Translations under genes and position numbers: made by a program | Source of the DNA: Cupriavidus necator | GTDB taxonomy: Bacteria; Pseudomonadota; Gammaproteobacteria; Burkholderiales; Burkholderiaceae | Assembly (NCBI RefSeq): GCF_016127575.1 | Contig: NZ_CP066019.1 | Location: 1,140,001 to 1,172,000 of the forward strand | DNA length: 32,000 nt | Direction of reading: 5' to 3' | The notes under the pieces: model-generated | The model's database searches: none | The model's input: only the letters and a program-made list of their open reading frames with translations | What the model was told of the DNA's origin: nothing | Part shown: one piece after another, positions 17,464-24,708 of the stretch | Layout of the letters: each line of letters begins with the position of its first letter | How positions within the stretch are numbered: the first letter of the stretch is position 1

Positions 17464-18057
17464 CTAGTCTGCGTGCAAGCGCGCCAGCAAGGCGTCCAGC
17501 CCCGCCGGGGCCGGCAGGCGCGCGATCAGCCAGCGCACCGCTTCGGACAAGCCCTGGCCGTCGTAGTCCGGCGCGAAGCTGTGCAGCGTGGCGCCGTGCA
17601 GGAAACAGCGCAGCGCCAGCCATTCCGGCTCCGGCGGCGCGTCCGGCGGCTGGCCGAACAGCATCTGCGGCACAGCCTCCAGCGGCGCGCGCACGGCGGT
17701 GGCCAGGCGCGCGTCGCCACGCGTTGCCATCCACACCTCCAGTATGGCGAGCGAGGTATGCCGCTGTGGGCGGGTCGCCAGGATATGCAGCATCAGGTGC
17801 AGGCACAGCGAGGGGCTGAGCGGGCCCAGCGCGGCCAGGCGCGCCGCCTCGCGCTCCAGCAGCCAGGTGAGCATGGCTGGCAGCAGGTCATAGCGGCCTT
17901 CGGGGAAATGGTGCCGCAGCGAGCCGCGGCTGCTGCCGGCCAGTTCGCACACGCGCGCTTCTGAAAAGGCCGCATAGCCTTGCTCGACGAGCAAGGTCAC
18001 GGCGGCGTCGATCAGGGACTGGCGGGTGCTGGCGCTGCGTTCGGCTTGGGTGGACAT
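17464..18057 (-). CDS. TetR/AcrR family transcriptional regulator
   Basis: The internal ATG gives MSTQAERSASTRQSLIDAAVTLLVEQGYAAFSEARVCELAGSSRGSLRHHFP, a TetR HTH. The upstream part of ORF 17464..18174 is not TetR-like. Confidence 0.85.
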   Translation of the reverse strand: MSTQAERSASTRQSLIDAAVTLLVEQGYAAFSEARVCELAGSSRGSLRHHFPEGRYDLLPAMLTWLLEREAARLAALGPLSPSLCLHLMLHILATRPQRHTSLAILEVWMATRGDARLATAVRAPLEAVPQMLFGQPPDAPPEPEWLALRCFLHGATLHSFAPDYDGQGLSEAVRWLIARLPAPAGLDALLARLHAD

Positions 18058-18209
18058 CTGTCGGATTGTAGCAATGGCTGCCAGAGCGCAGCCTGGCGCG
18101 CGGGCAGGGTGAGCTTGCCTTGATCCGCGTCGATGAGGGCGGTACCAGGGCGGCCAGCATGCGGCGCGGCACAATCCGTTCGGGTACTTCCACCCGGCGC
18201 TGAGCGGCG

Positions 18210-19112
18210 TCAGTGGGGCGCCGCCGCCGGGATGTCGGCGCTGCAGCTGGGCGTCGCTTCGTCGTGCGAATGCGGCGCCAGCGCGCCCGGTATGCGCTGG
18301 CTGTCAAGCCCCTTGCCTTGCAGCCATTGCGCGGTGGTGGCCGCGGCGCGGTCGATCAGCTCGCCGCATTTGGAGTAGTCGTAGGGCGAGATGTCGAGCG
18401 GGCACAGCGGCGGCACCACGCTGATCTGCGCGCGGTCGGCGAAGTGCTGCAGGTCGTGCACGAGCTGGCGCGCCACCAGCAGCGAGAGCGCATTGAACGC
18501 ATGCTCCAGCGCGCCGCGCGGCGGGCGGCGCTCCGCACAGGTAAAGCCCGCGGGCAGCACGATCACGTGCGTGGCACCAAGTGCGATCGCGGTGGATACC
18601 GGGGTGTTGTTGGCCACGCCGCCATCGATCAGCGTGCGGCCCTCGAACTGCACCGGCGGGAACACGCCGGGGATGGCCGCGCTGGCCAGCACCGCGTCGA
18701 CTATGCTGCCGCTGGACAGCAAGACTTCGTCGCCGCTGTGCATGTCGGTGGCCACCACGTGCAGCTGCAGTTCCGCTGCTTCCAGCCGCAGCGTGCCGAA
18801 GTGCTGCGCCAGCAGTCGGCGCAACCCGGCCGCCTCCACCAGGTGGCCGCGGTTGCCGCCGAACATGCTCCAGACGCTGCGCCAGCTCCACGGCAGGATG
18901 TCCGAGCGCCGGATGCCGCGCCACAGCGCGTCAAGCCGGCCGGCGCCGGCCACGCCCGGATTGCAGGCAAAGTAGGCGCCGTTGATGGCGCCGGCCGAGG
19001 CGCCGATCACGATATCGGGCATCACGCCCCATGCCGCCAGTTCGCGCAGCATGCCGACCTGGATCGCACCCAGGCTGCCGCCGCCCGCAAATACGAAGGC
19101 TGTCTTGTCCAT
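18210..19112 (-). CDS. Patatin-like phospholipase family protein
   Basis: It shows MDKTAFVFAGGGSLGAIQVG (oxyanion GGGxxG), GASAG (GxSxG nucleophile) and LIDGGVANNTP (the catalytic Asp of DGG). The ATG at 19112 lies 10 nt after GGGAGA. Confidence 0.88.
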   Translation of the reverse strand: MDKTAFVFAGGGSLGAIQVGMLRELAAWGVMPDIVIGASAGAINGAYFACNPGVAGAGRLDALWRGIRRSDILPWSWRSVWSMFGGNRGHLVEAAGLRRLLAQHFGTLRLEAAELQLHVVATDMHSGDEVLLSSGSIVDAVLASAAIPGVFPPVQFEGRTLIDGGVANNTPVSTAIALGATHVIVLPAGFTCAERRPPRGALEHAFNALSLLVARQLVHDLQHFADRAQISVVPPLCPLDISPYDYSKCGELIDRAAATTAQWLQGKGLDSQRIPGALAPHSHDEATPSCSADIPAAAPH

Positions 19113-19337
19113 GGCTGCGCCGGTCTCCCTGTCCAGTTTGCGGTCCTGAGCAAAGGATAGGTGACATCCGGGCCATCGGGCAGGTCGGACGGCAAGCCGT
19201 CTGCCGCGCTGGGGTCTGAGCCTGTGGCTCGCCTTCGCGAGGTAATAACGCAATTAACCGCCAGCAATATCCTCCAACCACCAATGCTGGCTAACAGCAG
19301 GGTGGTCGGTACCGTCAGCCATGACGCAGGCGCGGTG

Positions 19338-20069
19338 TCAGTCGAGAAACTCGTCGACAGGGATGCCGAGTTGGCCGGCCATGTGTTCGACCAGGCTTTG
19401 CAGCTTCGCCACCTTCTCGGTCAGGGCCTGCTGTTCGGCGCGCAGCTGTTCGAGTTCGCCCGGCGCGGCGGTGGCGCCGCCGGTGGTGCGGTCGGCATCG
19501 TCGGCGTCCGCCGCGGCGCTCACTTCGCCGCTCAGCAGGTGCATCCAGCGATTTTCGCGTGCGCCCGGCGCGCGCGGCAGCCGGACGACAAAGGGCGGAG
19601 CATGGCTGGCCAGTTCGTCAAGGAAGGCCTCGACCGACGAGATATCGGCAAAGCCGTGCAGGCGCGCGGTGTTCAGGCGCAGCTCCGCCGCGGTCTGCGG
19701 GCCGCGCAGCAGCAGCATGGCCAGCAGTGCGACGGACTGGCTGGGCACGGCCAGCACGCGCTGCATATTGTGCTCGAAGCGCGGCACGCGGCTGCTGCTG
19801 CCTTCAAAGACCAGGCTCAGGCCCTTGAGGCCATCGATGGCTTCAAGGATATCGGCCTCGCTGACGTTCATCACCGGGGCGCGGGCGGTCTTCTGGTTGC
19901 AGCCCGAGGCCAGCGCATTGAGCGACAGCGGGTAGGTATCGGGCACGGTGTGCTGTTTTTCGACCAGCACGCCGAGCACGCGGCCTTCGACGGGCGTCAG
20001 GGGGCGCAATGCCGGACGGGCGGGGCGGTCGCCAGCCTGGCTGGCGTCGGAATCATGGTTGGATTGCAT
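19338..20069 (-). CDS. yceH: YceH/DUF480 family protein
   Basis: LTPVEGRVLGVLVEKQHTVPDTYPLSLNALASGCNQKTARAPVMNVSE...LLLRGPQTAAELR...FVVRLPRAPGARENRWMHLLSGE aligns along its length with E. coli YceH as I recall it. The start is taken at MQSNHDSD (ATG 20069). Confidence 0.8.
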   Translation of the reverse strand: MQSNHDSDASQAGDRPARPALRPLTPVEGRVLGVLVEKQHTVPDTYPLSLNALASGCNQKTARAPVMNVSEADILEAIDGLKGLSLVFEGSSSRVPRFEHNMQRVLAVPSQSVALLAMLLLRGPQTAAELRLNTARLHGFADISSVEAFLDELASHAPPFVVRLPRAPGARENRWMHLLSGEVSAAADADDADRTTGGATAAPGELEQLRAEQQALTEKVAKLQSLVEHMAGQLGIPVDEFLD

Positions 20070-20261
20070 CAAGACTGGTTTCTTGCTGAAGGTGACGGCG
20101 AATGCCGACACGCCGAGGCGCTCATTCAATCCCAAGCCAGCGCAATCCGCAACTGCGCCGTGCGATTCTCGCATTCTGCGCGCAGCCGTCTACTATCGAT
20201 AGGCCGCGCGCAACCGGGAAGATGTGCCCAGGGCAGGCGCGGGTCCAGACGGGGAGGGAGC

Positions 20262-21998
20262 ATGGCGATTTCGCAGTCGGAGGCAATGGCCCCGGATGAG
20301 GACACCGGCCCGGAGGCCGGCGGCGGCCTGGAGGCGCCGTATTCCACGCTGGAGTCACGCTGGCACCAGATGTTCCCGCAGCTCGGCGCCGACGACATGG
20401 CGCGCGTGCGCCGCTTTGGCACGCCGCAGAGCTGGCGCGCGGGCGAGAAGCTCTTTGCCATCGGCGATACGGGCCGGGGCATGTACCTGATCGGCAGCGG
20501 CCGCGTGCGCCTGATGCGGCGCGACGGCCTGGGCCGCGAGCACCAGATCACCGAGCAGGGCGCCGGCCACTTCCTGGCCGAGGTCGGCACGCTCAGCGGC
20601 CGCCCGGCGCTGGTCGACGGCGTGGCCGTGACCGATACCCAGGGCTATGTGATCACGCCAGAGCGGCTGCGCGCCCTGCTGGTGGCCGAGGCCGAACTGG
20701 GCGAGCGCATCATGCGCGCGCTGATCCTGCGCCGCGTGGGGCTGATCGAATTCGGCAGCGGGCCGGTGCTGGTCGGCCACGGCACCGAGCCGCAGCTGGT
20801 GGCACTGCAAGCCTTCCTGCGGCGCAACGGCTACCCGCATACGGTTATCGATATCGACGCCGAACGCGACTGCTCATTGCTGCTCGACTATGCCAACGCG
20901 CCCGCCAGCGACTTCCCGCTGGTGATCTGCGCCGACGGCCGCGTGCTGCGCGCGCCGGACGAAGGGCAGCTGGCTTCGTGCCTGGGGCTGTTGCCGGAGT
21001 TCGATCCGGTCCATGTCTATGACGTGGTGGTGGTCGGCGCCGGGCCTGCGGGGCTGGCCACGGCCGTGTATGCCGCATCCGAAGGCTTGTCGGTGGCGGT
21101 GATCGATTGCCGCTCGCCGGGCGGGCAGGCGGGTGCGAGTGCGCGGATCGAGAACTATCTTGGCTTTCCCACCGGCATCTCCGGACAGGCGCTGGCCGGG
21201 CGCGCGTTCGTGCAGGCACTGAAGTTCGGCGCGCATATCGCCATCCCGCTGGAGGTCAAGGCACTGCATTGCGGCGCGGACCCGATCCGGCTGGAGCTGG
21301 CCGATGGCCGCATGATCCCGACCCACACCGTGGTGATTGCCACCGGCGCGCAGTACCGTCGCCCGGACATCGCCGCGCTGGAGCACTTTGAAGGGCGTGG
21401 TGTCTACTACTGGGCTTCGCCGGTGGAGGCCAAGCTGTGCAAGAACGAGCCGGCGATGCTGGTGGGCGGCGGCAATTCGGCCGGGCAGGCAGCGGTCTAC
21501 CTGGCCTCGCACGCGGCGCACGTGCATATGCTGGTGCGCGGGCCGGGGCTGGCCGCCACCATGTCGCGCTACCTGATCGACCGCATCGGTTCGCTGCCCA
21601 ATATCACGCTGCACACGCACGCGCAGATCAGCGCGCTGGCGGGGGAAGGGTGGCTCAGTTCCGTGCGCTACGAATGCCGGGCGGAAAGCCCGGCCCCGGT
21701 CACGATGGACGTGCGGCACCTGTTCCTGTTCATCGGCGCCGATCCCAATGCGTCGTGGCTGCGCACCTGCAACGTCGAGGTCGATGACAAGGGCTTCGTG
21801 CGCACCGGCGGCGGCGAGCTGGGCTGCGCGTCGGCGGTGCCGTATCCGCTGCAGACCAACGTGCCGGGCGTGTTTGCCATCGGCGACGTGCGGGCGGGAT
21901 CGACCAAGCGGGTCGCCGCGGCGGTAGGCGAGGGCGCGGCGGTGGTGGCGCAGATCCACGACTACCTGGCTCGGGTGCAGGCAGCCGTGGCGCGCTGA
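20262..21998 (+). CDS. Cyclic-nucleotide-binding domain fused to a thioredoxin-reductase-like FAD/NAD(P) oxidoreductase
   Basis: ATG 20262 lies 1 nt after GGGGAGGGAGC. The N-terminal cNMP/CAP-like beta-roll reads LFAIGDTGRGMYLIGSGRVRL...FLAEVGTLSGRPALV. The TrxR-like part reads DVVVVGAGPAGLATAVYAASEG, LVGGGNSAGQAAVYL, GVFAIGDVR. The first 1.1 kb of ORF 19161..21998 is antisense to yceH and is rejected. Confidence 0.85.
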   Translation: MAISQSEAMAPDEDTGPEAGGGLEAPYSTLESRWHQMFPQLGADDMARVRRFGTPQSWRAGEKLFAIGDTGRGMYLIGSGRVRLMRRDGLGREHQITEQGAGHFLAEVGTLSGRPALVDGVAVTDTQGYVITPERLRALLVAEAELGERIMRALILRRVGLIEFGSGPVLVGHGTEPQLVALQAFLRRNGYPHTVIDIDAERDCSLLLDYANAPASDFPLVICADGRVLRAPDEGQLASCLGLLPEFDPVHVYDVVVVGAGPAGLATAVYAASEGLSVAVIDCRSPGGQAGASARIENYLGFPTGISGQALAGRAFVQALKFGAHIAIPLEVKALHCGADPIRLELADGRMIPTHTVVIATGAQYRRPDIAALEHFEGRGVYYWASPVEAKLCKNEPAMLVGGGNSAGQAAVYLASHAAHVHMLVRGPGLAATMSRYLIDRIGSLPNITLHTHAQISALAGEGWLSSVRYECRAESPAPVTMDVRHLFLFIGADPNASWLRTCNVEVDDKGFVRTGGGELGCASAVPYPLQTNVPGVFAIGDVRAGSTKRVAAAVGEGAAVVAQIHDYLARVQAAVAR

Positions 21999-22009
21999 GC
22001 GCGGGCCAC

Positions 22010-23080
22010 TCAGGCTTGCGCCTCGCGCTCCAGCAACTCGCGCTTGCGCGCCACGCCCCAGCGGTAGCCCGACAGGTTGCCGTCGCTGCGCACCACGCGA
22101 TGGCAGGGAATGGCCACCGCCAGGTGGTTGGTGGCGCAGGCCTGCGCCACCGCGCGCACCGCACGCGGCGCGCCGATGCGGGCCGCGATCTCGGCATAGC
22201 TGGCGGTGCTGCCCGCGGGGATCTCTTGCAGGGCCTGCCATACACGCTGCTGGAACGCGGTGCCGCGCACATCCAGCGGCAGCGCCAGGCCGATTGAAGG
22301 TGCCTCGATAAAGCCCACCACTTGCGCCACCAGTTGCTCGAACTGCGCATCGCCGCCGATCAGGTTGGCGCGCGGGAACTGGTCCTGCAGGTCCTGCAAC
22401 AGCGTTTGGGGATCGTCGCCCAGCAGGATCGCGCAGACACCGCGCTCGCTCTGGGCCACCAGGATCGCGCCCAGCGAGCACTGGCCGATGGCAAAGCGGA
22501 TATCGGTGTCGGCCCCGCCCGCGCGGTAGCGCGACGGGGTCATGCCCAGCACTGCGTCCGAGGTTTCGTAGAAGCGGCTGTTGGAGCCGAAGCCGGCGTC
22601 GTAGATTGCCTCGGTCACGGAGTCGCTGGTGCCCAGTTGCTCGCGGAGTTTCCTGGCGCGATGCGCGGCGGCATAGGCACGCGGCGTCAGGCCGGTGGCG
22701 GCCTTGAAAAGGCGGTGAAAGTGATAGGGGCTGACGCCCGCTGCGTTGGCCAGTTCGGGCAGCGTGGGCAGGGTGTCGGCGGCCTCGATGCGGCGGCAGG
22801 CGTCGGCCACGATGGCTGCGTGCTGTGCCGCCAGCGCAGGCGCGGCGGCACGTCGGCTGGGCCGGTAGCCGGCGGCTTCGGCCGCGGCGGCATTGTCGAA
22901 GAACTCGACATTGGCCGGATGCGGCAGGCGCGACGGGCTGCTCGGCAGGCAGTACACGCCGGTGGTCTTGACCGCATAGACAAAGGCACCGTCGGCGCCC
23001 GGATCGCGCGCCAGCACGCGAGCCCAGCGCGGGTCGCGTTCGATGGTGCTGACTTCCGGTTGTTGTGTGGGACGGGTCAT
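22010..23080 (-). CDS. ada: Bifunctional Ada-type regulator / methylated-DNA-protein-cysteine methyltransferase
   Basis: 356 aa with an N-Ada-like segment DPRWARVLARDPGADGAFVYAVKTTGVYC. It also has the AraC HTH SPYHFHRLFKAATGLTPRAY and the C-terminal MGMT domain with IPCHRVV. ATG 23080 lies 6 nt after GAGG. Confidence 0.88.
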   Translation of the reverse strand: MTRPTQQPEVSTIERDPRWARVLARDPGADGAFVYAVKTTGVYCLPSSPSRLPHPANVEFFDNAAAAEAAGYRPSRRAAAPALAAQHAAIVADACRRIEAADTLPTLPELANAAGVSPYHFHRLFKAATGLTPRAYAAAHRARKLREQLGTSDSVTEAIYDAGFGSNSRFYETSDAVLGMTPSRYRAGGADTDIRFAIGQCSLGAILVAQSERGVCAILLGDDPQTLLQDLQDQFPRANLIGGDAQFEQLVAQVVGFIEAPSIGLALPLDVRGTAFQQRVWQALQEIPAGSTASYAEIAARIGAPRAVRAVAQACATNHLAVAIPCHRVVRSDGNLSGYRWGVARKRELLEREAQA

Positions 23081-23088
23081 GGGATACC

Positions 23089-23895
23089 TCACGTGGCGTC
23101 GTGGAAGATGATGCCCAGCGTGTAGCGCTGGCCCGCGTGCAGCCGGCTGACGCCATGCCGCAGGTTCACGCGGTAGCTGCCGCGGCTGCCCTGCACCGGG
23201 CGCTGGCTGACGGCAAAGACCACGGCATCGCCCTGGTGCAGCGTCACCACCTCGGCCCGCGACTGCATGCGCGGCCGCTGCTCGGTCATCACAAATTCTC
23301 CGCCGGTAAAGTCGCGGCCCGGCTCGGACAGCAGGATGGCGACCTGCAGCGGGAATACGTGCTCGCCGTACAGGTCCTGGTGCAGGCAGTTGTAGTCGTC
23401 GGGGCCGTAGCGCAGCAGCAGGGGCGTCGGGCGCAACTGGCCGGCGTCGTGGCAGCGGGCAAGATAATCGGCGTGCGCGGCGGGATAACGCACATCGATG
23501 CCCATGGCGGCGTTCCAGCGGTTGGCCACCGGCACCAGGTGCGGATACAGCGCCGTGCGCATTGCGGCCACGGTGTCGGGCAGCGGGTAGCGGAAGTACT
23601 TGTACTCGCCCTGGCCAAAGCCGTGCCGGCGCATCTCGATGCGAGAGCGGAACCACGCGTCCTGCGCATAGCCGGCGGCAAGCGCGTCGCATTCGGCTGC
23701 CGACAGCAGGCCGCGGATCGCGGCGCAGCCGTAGTCGTCGAGCTCGCGTGCAATGGCGGCCCAGTCGGTGCCATCGACGCGGGTGGCGATATCGGCTTCG
23801 TGCCTATGCCCCCGCGCCGTGCCGCGCGCTGGCAGTATTGGCCGGCGCGGCCCTGCCACGGCCATTTCGGGACGCTGTATCTGGCTGATGCTCAC
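23089..23895 (-). CDS. 2OG-Fe(II) oxygenase of the DNA-alkylation-repair-associated type (AlkB-analogous, prolyl-hydroxylase-like fold)
   Basis: It shows YNCLHQDLYGEHVFPLQVAILLS (HxD) and ...RHGVSRL (distal His/Arg). GTG 23895 lies 6 nt after AAAGGAGA. The stop is 8 nt before the ada start, suggesting translational coupling. Confidence 0.75.
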   Translation of the reverse strand: MSISQIQRPEMAVAGPRRPILPARGTARGHRHEADIATRVDGTDWAAIARELDDYGCAAIRGLLSAAECDALAAGYAQDAWFRSRIEMRRHGFGQGEYKYFRYPLPDTVAAMRTALYPHLVPVANRWNAAMGIDVRYPAAHADYLARCHDAGQLRPTPLLLRYGPDDYNCLHQDLYGEHVFPLQVAILLSEPGRDFTGGEFVMTEQRPRMQSRAEVVTLHQGDAVVFAVSQRPVQGSRGSYRVNLRHGVSRLHAGQRYTLGIIFHDAT

Positions 23896-23966
23896 CGCGG
23901 GTCTCCTTTCTCTCGCTTGCATGGTGCCAACTTTAGGCCGCCCGCGTGCACCTGGCACTCCGGGTC

Positions 23967-23979
23967 TTGCTTTTGAATT
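23967..23979 (-). promoter_or_regulatory. Candidate Ada box (AAT-N6-GCAA) upstream of the oxygenase-ada operon
   Basis: The minus strand reads AATTCAAAAGCAA, about 70-85 nt upstream of GTG 23895. It matches the E. coli Ada-box description as I recall it. This is a short motif, so the evidence is weak. Confidence 0.3.
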
Positions 23980-23996
23980 CTGCCCGGTATCCTGCC

Positions 23997-24040
23997 TTGA
24001 CAAGACAGATCTGTCTATCAATAATGAGACAGGTCTGTAT
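23997..24040 (+). promoter_or_regulatory. Sigma70-like promoter with two TetR-type operators upstream of the DUF1348 gene
   Basis: TTGACA (23997-24002) is separated by 17 nt from AATAAT (24020-24025). The perfect palindrome AGACAGATCTGTCT (24003-24016) occupies the spacer. A second copy, AGACAGGTCTGTAT (24027-24040), lies just downstream. Confidence 0.55.
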
Positions 24041-24099
24041 CATATTGAGCAGCCTGTTCTTCCATCTGATTCACCCTGTTTCAGCAAAGGAGCCTCCGC

Positions 24100-24579
24100 A
24101 TGTCCGCACAAGCCGAAATCCGTCCGCCGTTGCCCCCATTCACGCGTGAATCCGCCATCGCCAAGGTCCGTGCCGCGGAGGATGGCTGGAACAGCCGCGA
24201 TCCAGAGCGCGTGGCGCTGGCCTATACCGTCGACAGCGCCTGGCGCAACCGTGCGGAATTCGTCAATGGCCGTGCCGACATCGTCGCCTTCCTGCAGCGC
24301 AAGTGGCAGAAGGAGTTGGATTACCGGCTGATCAAGGAGCTATGGGCGCACGACGGCAACCGCATCGCCGTGCGCTTTGCCTATGAATGGCACGACGATT
24401 CCGGCAACTGGTACCGGTCATACGGCAATGAGAACTGGGAGTTCGATGAGGCGGGGCTGATGCGCAGGCGTTTTGCCTGCATCAACGATGCGCCGATCAA
24501 GGCGGCGGACCGCAAGTTCCACTGGCCACTGGGCCGGCGGCCGGATGAACATGCGGGGTTGAGTGAACTGGAGTTGTGA
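24100..24579 (+). CDS. DUF1348 family protein (NTF2/SnoaL-like fold)
   Basis: 159 aa with [43 protein letters not shown]...[42 protein letters not shown], typical of DUF1348. AAAGGAG lies 7 nt upstream. Confidence 0.85.
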   Translation: MSAQAEIRPPLPPFTRESAIAKVRAAEDGWNSRDPERVALAYTVDSAWRNRAEFVNGRADIVAFLQRKWQKELDYRLIKELWAHDGNRIAVRFAYEWHDDSGNWYRSYGNENWEFDEAGLMRRRFACINDAPIKAADRKFHWPLGRRPDEHAGLSELEL

Positions 24580-24648
24580 AGCTGTTGGGTCCTAAAACCG
24601 AAGGTCCCGCTTGATGTGGTTCCTAGCTGGACCACCCCTCACCCCGGG

Positions 24649-24670
24649 CCTCTCCCCATGAGGGGAGAGG
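24649..24670. repeat. REP-like hairpin / bidirectional terminator
   Basis: CCTCTCCCC (24649-24657) pairs with GGGGAGAGG (24662-24670) around the loop ATGA, between convergent genes. The motif resembles the GGGAGAGG palindromic intergenic elements common in Burkholderiales. Confidence 0.6.
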
Positions 24671-24708
24671 GAGCACACAAGCGCAGAGGGACACGCCTGA
24701 AACCCTCG

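Noticed and set aside
18063-18177. An 8-bp inverted repeat CGGATTGT ... ACAATCCG flanking the patatin-TetR spacer.
   Set aside because: The arms are ~100 nt apart and only 8 bp long, which is compatible with chance. No structural or operator-like geometry is evident.
18210-19112. The patatin-like phospholipase as a CBASS CapV-type defence effector.
   Set aside because: No CD-NTase/cyclase, Cap2/Cap3, or other defence-island gene lies nearby, and no mobile-element context is present. The flanking genes are a TetR regulator and housekeeping-like genes, so it looks like an ordinary RssA-type lipase.
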